Positions 9,336 to 18,473 of a stretch of 64,000 nucleotides of DNA are shown here, in pieces. This DNA comes from Tannerellaceae bacterium. Lineage in GTDB: Bacteria > Bacteroidota > Bacteroidia > Bacteroidales > Tannerellaceae. A model generated the notes under the pieces. The model was given only the letters and a program-made list of their open reading frames with translations. It had not been told where the DNA came from and did not search any database. Position 1 is the first letter of the stretch. Each line of letters begins with the position of its first letter. A program made the position numbers and the translations under genes. The DNA is taken from contig DAMBSC010000009.1 in the NCBI GenBank assembly GCA_032054765.1, positions 104,948-168,947 on the forward strand. Direction: 5' to 3'.

Positions 9336-9707
9336 ATGGATAATGACATTAAAGCAAGAAATGTTTTTCATTCCGATCTGGAAAGTGTAGAAAAAGACAT
9401 TCAAAAGGCAGCGGCCGAACGTAAACAAGAGATCAAAGACGAGTTGAAAGAAGACAATAAATCTCTTAAAGAAGAAAAGAAGGGCCTTCAGGAAGAAGTA
9501 AAAGAAAATTATAAAGATCTAAAACAAGAAATGAAGGATTCCGATCATCCTTTTGCAAGCGAGATTATTTCTTCAGCTAAACAAGATGCCAAAGGTATCA
9601 AGAAAGTTATCGAGGAAGATTACGAACACACGAAAAATAGAATCGAAACTGAAGCTGAGAGAAGAATTGATAGTATAGATCGTATGCAACAAAAACCGGA
9701 GAACTAA
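9336..9707 (+). CDS. Hypothetical highly charged (Lys/Glu-rich) protein
   Basis: The 123-aa ORF is cytoplasmic and predicted coiled-coil, followed by a rho-independent terminator. No recognisable domain. Confidence 0.4.
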   Translation: MDNDIKARNVFHSDLESVEKDIQKAAAERKQEIKDELKEDNKSLKEEKKGLQEEVKENYKDLKQEMKDSDHPFASEIISSAKQDAKGIKKVIEEDYEHTKNRIETEAERRIDSIDRMQQKPEN

Positions 9708-9734
9708 AAGCTTCTCATTAAGATTAGCTTTTTT

Positions 9735-9776
9735 AAAGGGTGAGCTTTCTTTAAGTTTCACCCTTTATTTATTGGT
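9735..9776 (+). terminator. Rho-independent terminator (AAAGGGTGA ... TCACCCTTT stem followed by a T-rich tract)
   Basis: Inverted repeat read directly downstream of the stop codon at 9707. Confidence 0.5.
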
Positions 9777-9828
9777 AAAAACAAATAATATAACTTCCTT
9801 TGTTTTATTCGTAACAAAAAGAAATTGT

Positions 9829-12189
9829 ATGGAAACCGCTCTACTTCTGATTCTAATATTGATTGCATGGATAAGTCTGTTCAATAAGTTAAACTATTCA
9901 CAAACTAAAATAGATACTCTTCTTAAAGAGATTGAAGCTTTAAAGAAACATCTGGGTATTGCTACCGTTGAACAGAAAAAAGAAAAAATTGTTGAGGTAA
10001 AAGAAAAACCGAAAACGATAGCCGAAGAAACGAATACCGGCCTTAGCCAAAAGAAAAGGGAAGTTATAACGAAGCCGGTTACAGAACCTAAGCCGGCTGT
10101 GGAAGTAGTACGTTCTCCTGTTGAAAAGAAGAAAGTAGAAGTCGTTCCCGTCAAAGTGGAAACACGGGCAAAGCCTAAGAAAGAAAAGGCTCCTGTTAAT
10201 TACGAAAAGTTTATTGGAGAGAACTTGTTCGGGAAGGTCGGTATCCTTGTTCTTGTTATCGGAATGGGGTTCTTTGTAAAGTATGCTATCGATAATAACT
10301 GGATCAATGAAGTGTTACGTACAATTCTTGGGTTTGTAGTCGGTTCTGTTTTAATTGGTATTGCTTTCTTTTTACGTAAAAAATACCGCACTTTTAGTTC
10401 TGTATTAGCCGGAGGAGGATTTGCCATATTTTATGTTACGGTAGCTATTGCTTATCATTACTATGGACTGTTTAGTCAGACCGGAGCTTTTATTACGCTG
10501 GTAGCCTTTACTATACTGATGTCGGCTTTAGCTGTTTGGTACGACCGAAGGGAATTGGCAGTTATTGCTTTGGTGGGTGGTTTTGTTGCTCCTTTCCTGG
10601 TAAGTAGTGGATCTGGTAATTATATTGTTTTGTTTACCTATCTGCTTATCCTGGATTTAGGGATGTTTGCTTTATCCATTTATAAAAAGTGGGGAGAATT
10701 GCCGATTGTCTGTTTTACACTTACATGGCTGGTGTTTGCAATTTATATATTCGGATCCGTCAATATGGATATGATTGGAAATGTGAAGTTGATACACCTA
10801 CAGATATTTGCTGCACTTTTCTATTTGATATTCCAGGGTTCGGTGGCTCCTATTATACGGATCAACCATCAGAAGATCAATCAACTCTTGTTGGCTGTTA
10901 TCATCGTTAATAGTTTTCTTTTCACTTACTTCGCATTGACATTGCATTGGCACATGCATTATGTTCAGAATTACGGAGGTTTAATTACGTTTTTTGTAGC
11001 ATTAGTAAATATTGCAACCTTCTTTTGGATATATAAACGCGGAGAAAGATTCCCGACATTGCTTCAGACGTTTCTTTGGCTTGCATTGACGTTTGTATCT
11101 ATAACATTCCCTATTCAGTTGGAGGGATCGATGATAACTGTATTTTGGGCATCGGAATTGGTTATAGTGATGTTGTTATATTCTCGTTTCCGCCTTCGGG
11201 CATACGAATTCTTTTCTGTGTTGTTGTTTGTATTAACTTTGATCTCTTACTTGATGGATATTGAAAAGATGTTCAAATGGGGAGCTTCACCTGAACATTA
11301 TATCTTTATAAACGGAAACTTCCTTACCGGCATTCTTACCGGCGCATCTTTCTTAATCTCTGCCTGGCTATTGGAACGTTCTAAAGATTCTACTCCTGAA
11401 AATGCCTGGTTGAAGTATTCGCCTTTCAATGCGATAGCGCTTATAACAGGAACGGTTGTACTGTATTGCGCTTTCTCGATAGATTTCTATTTGTACATTG
11501 ACGAAGGTATTTTTGCCCAGACGCTTATGCGGGTATTTACAGTAGCCGTATTGTTCCTTTTATCGTGGTTGTTCCATACCCGTTTCCCTATCAGGAAGTA
11601 TATTACAAGGTATATGCTCTTCTGGGGAGTCTCAGTATTGATATATATAATCATGTCGAACACCATTAATCATTCACATAACATAGATGTTATATTGCGG
11701 GTATTCCAATGGGCGGCATTGTTAATCATCATCGCTCATTGCATATATTTGGCAAGAGTATACTATTCATATACAAAAGTAAATGATAAAGCCGCTCAGA
11801 ATATTACATTATATATAGGTATACTATCAACCATTCTCCTGATAGTAACAACGAATAATCTGTTGAATCAATTTTCACTCACAGACGAAGCAAATGCGGG
11901 TTTATCTATATCCTTAGGGATTGCAGGTTTTATTCAGATGATGTTAGGAATGCGACTGCACTTGAAATCTCTCAGGCTGTTGAGTCTCCTTACTTTTGGA
12001 ATAGTATTGTTCAAACTGGTTGTTGTAGACTTATGGTTGATGCCTACTGTAGGAAAGATCATCGTCTTTATTATACTGGGTGTCTTATTGCTCGTACTTT
12101 CTTTCTTGTATCAAAAACTGAAAGTTGTTTTATTTGAAGATACTAAAGAAGATAAAACAGATCAAGAAATAGAAGAAGAAAAAAGGTGA
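9829..12189 (+). CDS. DUF2339-like large polytopic membrane protein with an N-terminal coiled-coil/Lys-Glu-Pro-rich linker
   Basis: About 787 aa from METALLLILILIAW, with more than 15 predicted TM helices. The architecture (TM anchor, charged linker, many TM segments) is typical of DUF2339. The ORF track starts 19 codons earlier at 9772. Confidence 0.5.
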   Translation: METALLLILILIAWISLFNKLNYSQTKIDTLLKEIEALKKHLGIATVEQKKEKIVEVKEKPKTIAEETNTGLSQKKREVITKPVTEPKPAVEVVRSPVEKKKVEVVPVKVETRAKPKKEKAPVNYEKFIGENLFGKVGILVLVIGMGFFVKYAIDNNWINEVLRTILGFVVGSVLIGIAFFLRKKYRTFSSVLAGGGFAIFYVTVAIAYHYYGLFSQTGAFITLVAFTILMSALAVWYDRRELAVIALVGGFVAPFLVSSGSGNYIVLFTYLLILDLGMFALSIYKKWGELPIVCFTLTWLVFAIYIFGSVNMDMIGNVKLIHLQIFAALFYLIFQGSVAPIIRINHQKINQLLLAVIIVNSFLFTYFALTLHWHMHYVQNYGGLITFFVALVNIATFFWIYKRGERFPTLLQTFLWLALTFVSITFPIQLEGSMITVFWASELVIVMLLYSRFRLRAYEFFSVLLFVLTLISYLMDIEKMFKWGASPEHYIFINGNFLTGILTGASFLISAWLLERSKDSTPENAWLKYSPFNAIALITGTVVLYCAFSIDFYLYIDEGIFAQTLMRVFTVAVLFLLSWLFHTRFPIRKYITRYMLFWGVSVLIYIIMSNTINHSHNIDVILRVFQWAALLIIIAHCIYLARVYYSYTKVNDKAAQNITLYIGILSTILLIVTTNNLLNQFSLTDEANAGLSISLGIAGFIQMMLGMRLHLKSLRLLSLLTFGIVLFKLVVVDLWLMPTVGKIIVFIILGVLLLVLSFLYQKLKVVLFEDTKEDKTDQEIEEEKR

Positions 12190-12212
12190 AACGAACGATC
12201 GCCTCACCTTTC
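12182..12212. terminator. Bidirectional hairpin between convergent genes (AAAAGGTGA ... TCACCTTTC)
   Basis: 9-bp inverted repeat spanning the stop of the DUF2339 gene and the 3' end of the OmpA-family gene. Confidence 0.4.
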
Positions 12213-12233
12213 TTATCTTTTAATTGAAACATA

Positions 12234-13481
12234 TTATTTTACAAAACGGAGAGCAATATCACGGTCTTTGGCTCTTTCACTGTCGGGTGCACTGGCACTA
12301 TGTTCTGCATATTCATCTCCATAGCCTTCTGTCCTAACGACCTGTGAACCAACACCAGCTCTTTCTAATAAGGTTTCAATCGTTTTAGCCCTTTCTTTAG
12401 ATATCTCCATGTTTACTTCTTCCGAACCTCTTTTATCAGCAAAACCAGCAATCCTTACTTTTGCATTTTTATAGTTTTTCAGGATAGCTGCAATATTATT
12501 AATTTGTGCTTGTGAGTTATCCATCAATTCGGTTGAACTATCAAACTTAAACTTGATGTTATCGAATTCAAACCACTTATTTTTTAAATCATTTTCAGTG
12601 GCATTCTTATATGCATCTGAATTCAGGTATTTAATCATTTCATCTTCAATACCTCCTCTGTAAGCTTGTATCTTTTCACCATTCGGAAGAGTCAACTCAG
12701 CAGCCGAATTTCTTCCGGTTTGTTCAGGAGCTGTTGCAGTCGCAGGTGTTTCTCCCGGAGCTTGAACAACAACTTCGTCTTCATATACAGTAGCTACAGG
12801 TCGCGCTTGTTGGCATGATCTCCACCAGAAGAAAAGTAATACTAACAATAAAATAAGAATAAGCCATTTTAGCCATCCCATATTGTTTTTTTCTTGTTTT
12901 GCCTCCAGCTTATTTGGATTAGCATTTCCACTCAAAACACTGGAAAGTCCAAATGATTGAATGATATCTTTTGGTATCAGATCTTTAAAACTATTTTTCT
13001 GATCATTAATCATACTCAATAGATTATTTAAACTACGATTTTCTTTAACTAGTTTGTTTCCAAGGAAACCGGCAACAATAGGAGAAATCATAGATATCAA
13101 ACGGTTGGTAGCAACTTTCGATATACCTGACTGATCAGCAATAGGATTTGTGAATTTAACTGCTTGATCACCTAATAGATGTTGCAAGAAATCATCACCT
13201 ATACGCTGTTGATCTTCTGTCGGCTTTTCTTCACATACATTATCCAAATCTAATAAAAGATTAAGATTTCCTGCTTCATGCAGAATATTTCCTATTTGAG
13301 GAGTATTTCCATTCTTCAACATTACACCAAGGAAACTTGGAATCATTGCTGATATGGCAGATTTGATATTAGATTCTTTTTCTCCAAGAACCGTCGATGC
13401 CTTAGCGACCATTTCAGGACTAATAAGGGCATGTAATGCATCTTTAAACTGTACCATTTTCTTTATTTTATAATTAAACAA
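12234..13481 (-). CDS. OmpA-family protein: N-terminal DUF937-like region, one TM segment, C-terminal OmpA peptidoglycan-binding domain
   Basis: The C-terminus carries the OmpA_C motif (VRIAGFADKRGSEEVNMEISKERAKTIETLL); there is a central TM segment (WLKWLILILLLVLLFFWW). Confidence 0.7.
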   Translation of the reverse strand: MFNYKIKKMVQFKDALHALISPEMVAKASTVLGEKESNIKSAISAMIPSFLGVMLKNGNTPQIGNILHEAGNLNLLLDLDNVCEEKPTEDQQRIGDDFLQHLLGDQAVKFTNPIADQSGISKVATNRLISMISPIVAGFLGNKLVKENRSLNNLLSMINDQKNSFKDLIPKDIIQSFGLSSVLSGNANPNKLEAKQEKNNMGWLKWLILILLLVLLFFWWRSCQQARPVATVYEDEVVVQAPGETPATATAPEQTGRNSAAELTLPNGEKIQAYRGGIEDEMIKYLNSDAYKNATENDLKNKWFEFDNIKFKFDSSTELMDNSQAQINNIAAILKNYKNAKVRIAGFADKRGSEEVNMEISKERAKTIETLLERAGVGSQVVRTEGYGDEYAEHSASAPDSERAKDRDIALRFVK

Positions 13482-13660
13482 ATTCTGAATTGTATACTAA
13501 AACAAAAAATGATGGGATAAGTTTTGTAAATAGTTAAAAATATTCTAATAAGGTCCTTGAAGATAGGTTAATTAGGAAAGTTAAATAATCCATCTTTTAT
13601 TTTTATTATCCATTTTCTATTTGAACACTTAACCGTTTCTTTGTACGGTATAAACGTAGA

Positions 13661-15046
13661 ATGTTAGCCATGAAAAGTACAAACAAATCTTATTTGCTAC
13701 TAATAACTATGGTCTCCGCCATGGGAGGTCTTCTATTCGGTTATGACTGGGTAGTTATTGGTGGTGCAAAAATATTTTATGAACCATTTTTCGGGATAGA
13801 CGGCTCCGCCACCTTACGTGGCTGGGCAATGAGTAGTGCTTTGATTGGCTGTTTAGTAGGAGCATTATTAGCCGGAGCGTGGAGCGATAGATATGGAAGA
13901 AAGAAAATGCTGATCCTTGCTTCTATATTATTTACCATTTCTGCTTACGGGACAGGAGCTGTCGACAATTTTACATGGTTTATTTTATACCGTATTCTTG
14001 GGGGATTCGGCATCGGAATAGCCTCTAATGTATCTCCAATATATATTGCGGAAGTTTCTCCTGCATCTGTAAGAGGAAGATTTGTTTCATTGAATCAGTT
14101 GACAGTAGTACTGGGAATTTTATCGGCTCAGATTGTTAACTGGAGAATAGGCGATCATTTTATGCCCGATGCAAATATACTTTCTGGTGAAGGAGTTAAC
14201 TTGGCCTGGCGATGGATGTTCTGGGCAGAGTTGGTTCCTGCCGTTTTATTTTTCATCCTTTCATTTATTATTCCGGAGAGCCCTAGATGGATGGCTATCA
14301 ATAAACGGGAAGAGGAAGCCCGCAAAGTCTTTGCCCGTATCGGGGGAGAAGAAAATGCGAATAAGGAGTTGGAAGAAATACGACAACTGCCCTACACTAA
14401 AGCAAAAGTCGATCTGAAAGCGCTGTTACAGCCGAATATTAGGAACGTTTTGATTATTGGTATTGTACTGGCGATATTCCAGCAATGGTGCGGGATCAAT
14501 GTGATCTTCAACTATGCACATGAGATATTTTCTGCAGCAGGTTATGCGGTGTCTGATGTTTTGATGAATATAGTAGTCACCGGTGTAACGAATGTTATCT
14601 TCACATTTGTGGCGATCTTTACGGTGGACCGCTGGGGAAGAAGGGGATTGATGCTTTTCGGCTCATCCGGTTTGGCCATAATATATGCGATTATGGGAAC
14701 ATGTTATTTCTTTGGCGTTAGCGGTTGGCCAATGTTATTATTGGTTGTTATGGCGATTGCCTGTTATGCGATGTCGCTGGCGCCTGTAGTTTGGGTGGTG
14801 TTATCAGAGATATTCCCCGTTCGTATTCGGGGTGCTGCTATGGCTGTTTCCACATTCTTCTTGTGGGTTGCCTGTTTTTTGTTGACATATACATTTCCCT
14901 TGTTAAACGAATACTTACAAGCATCCGGAACATTCTGGGTATATGGAGGAATTTGTCTGTTTGGTTTCCTTTTCATACGCTCCCGACTTCCTGAAACAAA
15001 AGGCAAAAGCCTGGAAGAAATAGAGAAAGAATTAACTAATAATTGA
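13661..15046 (+). CDS. MFS sugar porter family transporter (XylE/GalP-like sugar:H+ symporter)
   Basis: 12 TM segments and sugar-porter signatures (GRKKMLIL, PESPRW, VDRWGRRG, PETKGKSLEEIE). Confidence 0.8.
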   Translation: MLAMKSTNKSYLLLITMVSAMGGLLFGYDWVVIGGAKIFYEPFFGIDGSATLRGWAMSSALIGCLVGALLAGAWSDRYGRKKMLILASILFTISAYGTGAVDNFTWFILYRILGGFGIGIASNVSPIYIAEVSPASVRGRFVSLNQLTVVLGILSAQIVNWRIGDHFMPDANILSGEGVNLAWRWMFWAELVPAVLFFILSFIIPESPRWMAINKREEEARKVFARIGGEENANKELEEIRQLPYTKAKVDLKALLQPNIRNVLIIGIVLAIFQQWCGINVIFNYAHEIFSAAGYAVSDVLMNIVVTGVTNVIFTFVAIFTVDRWGRRGLMLFGSSGLAIIYAIMGTCYFFGVSGWPMLLLVVMAIACYAMSLAPVVWVVLSEIFPVRIRGAAMAVSTFFLWVACFLLTYTFPLLNEYLQASGTFWVYGGICLFGFLFIRSRLPETKGKSLEEIEKELTNN

Positions 15047-15120
15047 ATCACTGAGTAACTGAATGACTCAATAACTCAGTGATTCAATAATTCAGTTATT
15101 CAGTCAATTGAGTCATTCAG
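15043..15120 (+). terminator. Complex hairpin element between the MFS gene and the DUF5107 gene: a perfect 14-bp stem (15043-15056 with 15074-15087, 17-nt loop), plus an alternative pairing of the loop (15059-15073) with 15106-15120.
   Basis: Read directly: TTGAATCACTGAGT ... ACTCAGTGATTCAA, and CTGAATGACTCAATA with AATTGAGTCATTCAG (14/15 bp). Stem 1 overlaps the MFS stop codon. Confidence 0.5.
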
Positions 15121-15136
15121 TCATTAAAAAATAAAT

Positions 15137-18100
15137 ATGAGTAAGAAAGTAAAAGTTTGGGAAGAAGAAATCCTTCTCCCCACGTATGGTGTGGGTCTTC
15201 CCGAAAAGAATCCGATGTTTCTTGAGAAGCGTGTCTATCAGGGAAGCAGTGGTGTTGTGTATCCTTATCCGGTCATTGAGAAGATTGAAGATACCTGCGA
15301 GGACAAACCGTATCGTGCTGTTTTCTTAGAGAATGAATACATCAAAATAATGATACTTCCCGAACTGGGCGGACGTGTACAGATGGCTTATGATAAGATC
15401 AAAGAACGGCATTTTATTTACTATAATCATGTGATAAAGCCTGCCCTGGTTGGTCTTACCGGTCCGTGGATATCAGGAGGAATCGAGTTTAACTGGCCTC
15501 AACATCATCGTCCCAGCACGTTTATGCCTGTCGATTATACTTTGGAAGAGTGTGTGGACGGAAGCGCTATTGTATGGGTAAATGAGCGGGAACGGATGTT
15601 TCATCAAAAAGGAATGGCCGGTTTCAAACTCTCACCCGGACGTGCCGTATTGGAGATACAGGGAAAACTTTATAACCCGACTCCCACCCCACAAACATTC
15701 CTTTGGTGGGCCAATCCTGCCGTAGCGGTCAATGAACATTATCAATCTGTATTTCCCGGGGATGTAAATGCAGTCTTCGATCATGGCAAGCGGGACGTAT
15801 CCAGTTACCCGATAGCTACGGGCACCTATTATAAAATGGATTATTCAGCCGGTGTAGATATATCCCGTTACAAAAACATTCCGGTTCCCACTTCGTATAT
15901 GGCTATCAAATCCAAATATAATTTCGTTGGCGGTTACGAGAATGACACCAAAGCCGGTGTATTGCATGTAGCAGACCATAATATATCTCCCGGAAAGAAG
16001 CAATGGACATGGGGAAACGGAGATTTCGGACAAGCCTGGGATCGTAACCTGACCGATTCAGACGGCCCGTACATCGAACTAATGACCGGTGTGTATACCG
16101 ATAACCAGCCTGATTTCACCTGGCTTCAACCCTACGAAGAAAAAACGTTTACTCAATATTTTATGCCTTACAGGGAATTGGGGGTAGTAAAGAATGCCTC
16201 AGCCGATTTGCTAATGAACATCGAAGAGGAAGAAGATGGATATATATTAAAAGTATTTGCTACTTCTTTACAGAAGGATTTACATATCCTTGTTGAAAAA
16301 GAAGGAGTAGTCTGCCTTGATATAACAACAGATATTTCTCCCGAGGAAGTCTTCACAAAGAAAGTATCTTCAAAGGATGAACTTAAGGACTTTAAAGACT
16401 TCAAGAACCTTAAAATTCTTATAAAAAACAACAAAGACAAAACCCTTCTCTCCTGGGAAGCAGAACTTGAAGAGATTAAACCCATTCCTGATCCTGCAAA
16501 AGCCGCTTTAGATCCCAAAGAGGTAGCTTCTACCGAACAGTTATACCTCACCGGATTACATTTAGAGCAGTATCGTCATGCAACCTACAATCCTATGGAT
16601 TATTACCTGGAGGCCTTACGGCGTGATCCTGCCGATGTCCGTAATAACAATGCGATGGGATTATGGCTGATCCGTAAAGGGCAGTTTGCAAAAGCTGAAC
16701 CTTATCTGCGCCGAGCCGTCAAAACATTGACTGAGCGCAATCCCAACCCTTACGACGGAGAACCATTGTATAATCTTGGATTAGTATTGAAATACCAGGG
16801 GAAGTATGAGGAAGCATATGAATATTTCTACAAATCATGCTGGAACGCAGCCTGGCAGGATGCCGGATATTATTCCCTCGCCCAGATCTCCTGTATCCGG
16901 GAAAATTGGGAAACGGCGCTGCAGGAAATAGATAAATCTTTGATACGAAACTGGCATAATCACCGGGCACGTCACCTGAAGACTACGATCCTCTGTCGGT
17001 TAAGTAGAACAGACGAGGCGTTATCTCTTGCAGAAGAGTCACTGAAGATTGATCCGTTCAATTTTGGTTGCCGCCTGGAGAAAGAATTGCTATCAGGTCC
17101 TATGGATACAAAAGCCTTTAACACGTTATTACGTGATGAAGCGCATAATTACATAGAGTTACTGATAGATTATGCTTCGGCGGGATGCTGGCAGGAAGCG
17201 GTTACTGTTAGTAATATAGCTATCGGGCATCTTACTGATCCGGAAGTCATGCTGTATTATTTCAGGGCATGGTGCCTTCTTCAGCTTGACAGGAAAGAAG
17301 AAGCGATCGATATGGTGAAAAGAGCCGAAGAGAAAGATCCCGCTTGTTGTTTCCCCAACCAACTTGAGGCCATTCCAGCCCTTCAATCTGTTATCAGTTT
17401 GGGACTGAATACTCCCAAAGCTTATTACCTCTTGGGAAATCTTTGGTATGATAAACGTCAGTATTCCGAAGCCGTTGAATGCTGGGAGCGCTCCATTCAG
17501 CAGGATAATACGTTCCCAACCGTACTGCGCAATCTCTCCCTTGCCTATTTTAATAAACTGGATAAAAAGGAAGAGGCCGTACAATTACTGGAAAAAGCTT
17601 TTGCCCTGGATGCCTCCGATGCCCGTATCTTAATGGAGTTAGATCAGCTGTATAAACGGCTGAACCGTCCTCATACGGAACGGTTGGCGTTTCTGGATAA
17701 ACACAAAGATATCGTATGGCAACGGGATGACCTTTACCTGGAATACATAACACTCCTAAACCAGTTGGAACGTTATGAGGAAGCTATACGGTTAATTAAC
17801 GACCGCAAATTCCATCCCTGGGAAGGCGGTGAAGGAAAAGTACCAACACAATACCAATTGGCAAGAGTAGAACTGGTAAAACAATACATAAAAGAAGAGA
17901 AGTTAGACCGGGCATTTGCTTTAATTGACGAATGCTATATCTATCCACATAACTTCGGGGAAGGTAAACTCCCCGGCGCACAGGAAAATGATTTCGACTA
18001 TTACAAAGGTTGTATTCTGGAAAAAACAGGAAAGACGGAGGAAGCTATCCTTCATTTCCAACGAGCCGCTACGGGAATCAGTGAGCCGGTAGCAGCCATG

Positions 18101-18448
18101 TACTACAACGATCAGAAACCGGACAAGATATTCTATCAAGGACTTGCCCTACGGAAATTAGGAAAAGAAGACGAGGCTCGCAGCCGCTTCAACAAACTCA
18201 TTTCGTATGGAGAAAAACACCTGTTCGATGTATTCAGGATGGATTATTTTGCCGTATCCTTACCCGATCTCCAGATCTGGGAAGACGATATGGATAAAAA
18301 GAACCTGATCCATTGTAACTATCTGATGGGGTTAGGGCACTTAGGACTGGGAGATAAAGAAAAGGCCAACCGGTATTTTACGATCGCTTCCCAACTCGAT
18401 AATAATCATCAGGGGGTACAGGTACACAAGAAGATCTCCAGTCAATAA
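15137..18448 (+). CDS. DUF5107 domain-containing protein with C-terminal TPR repeats (cytoplasmic, no signal peptide)
   Basis: The 1103-aa ORF has a conserved N-terminal about-380-aa domain (GGIEFNWPQHHRPSTF, FLWWANPAV) followed by multiple TPR-like repeats. No signal peptide. Confidence 0.55.
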   Translation: MSKKVKVWEEEILLPTYGVGLPEKNPMFLEKRVYQGSSGVVYPYPVIEKIEDTCEDKPYRAVFLENEYIKIMILPELGGRVQMAYDKIKERHFIYYNHVIKPALVGLTGPWISGGIEFNWPQHHRPSTFMPVDYTLEECVDGSAIVWVNERERMFHQKGMAGFKLSPGRAVLEIQGKLYNPTPTPQTFLWWANPAVAVNEHYQSVFPGDVNAVFDHGKRDVSSYPIATGTYYKMDYSAGVDISRYKNIPVPTSYMAIKSKYNFVGGYENDTKAGVLHVADHNISPGKKQWTWGNGDFGQAWDRNLTDSDGPYIELMTGVYTDNQPDFTWLQPYEEKTFTQYFMPYRELGVVKNASADLLMNIEEEEDGYILKVFATSLQKDLHILVEKEGVVCLDITTDISPEEVFTKKVSSKDELKDFKDFKNLKILIKNNKDKTLLSWEAELEEIKPIPDPAKAALDPKEVASTEQLYLTGLHLEQYRHATYNPMDYYLEALRRDPADVRNNNAMGLWLIRKGQFAKAEPYLRRAVKTLTERNPNPYDGEPLYNLGLVLKYQGKYEEAYEYFYKSCWNAAWQDAGYYSLAQISCIRENWETALQEIDKSLIRNWHNHRARHLKTTILCRLSRTDEALSLAEESLKIDPFNFGCRLEKELLSGPMDTKAFNTLLRDEAHNYIELLIDYASAGCWQEAVTVSNIAIGHLTDPEVMLYYFRAWCLLQLDRKEEAIDMVKRAEEKDPACCFPNQLEAIPALQSVISLGLNTPKAYYLLGNLWYDKRQYSEAVECWERSIQQDNTFPTVLRNLSLAYFNKLDKKEEAVQLLEKAFALDASDARILMELDQLYKRLNRPHTERLAFLDKHKDIVWQRDDLYLEYITLLNQLERYEEAIRLINDRKFHPWEGGEGKVPTQYQLARVELVKQYIKEEKLDRAFALIDECYIYPHNFGEGKLPGAQENDFDYYKGCILEKTGKTEEAILHFQRAATGISEPVAAMYYNDQKPDKIFYQGLALRKLGKEDEARSRFNKLISYGEKHLFDVFRMDYFAVSLPDLQIWEDDMDKKNLIHCNYLMGLGHLGLGDKEKANRYFTIASQLDNNHQGVQVHKKISSQ

Positions 18449-18473
18449 AAAAAAACATTAAATAAAATACCAT

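Noticed and set aside
15043-15120. The hairpin cluster was considered as the terminal inverted repeats of a miniature transposable element (MITE).
   Set aside because: The element is only about 78 bp with no flanking direct target-site duplication, and the inverted repeats are nested and overlapping rather than terminal. RNA-level regulation is the more plausible reading.
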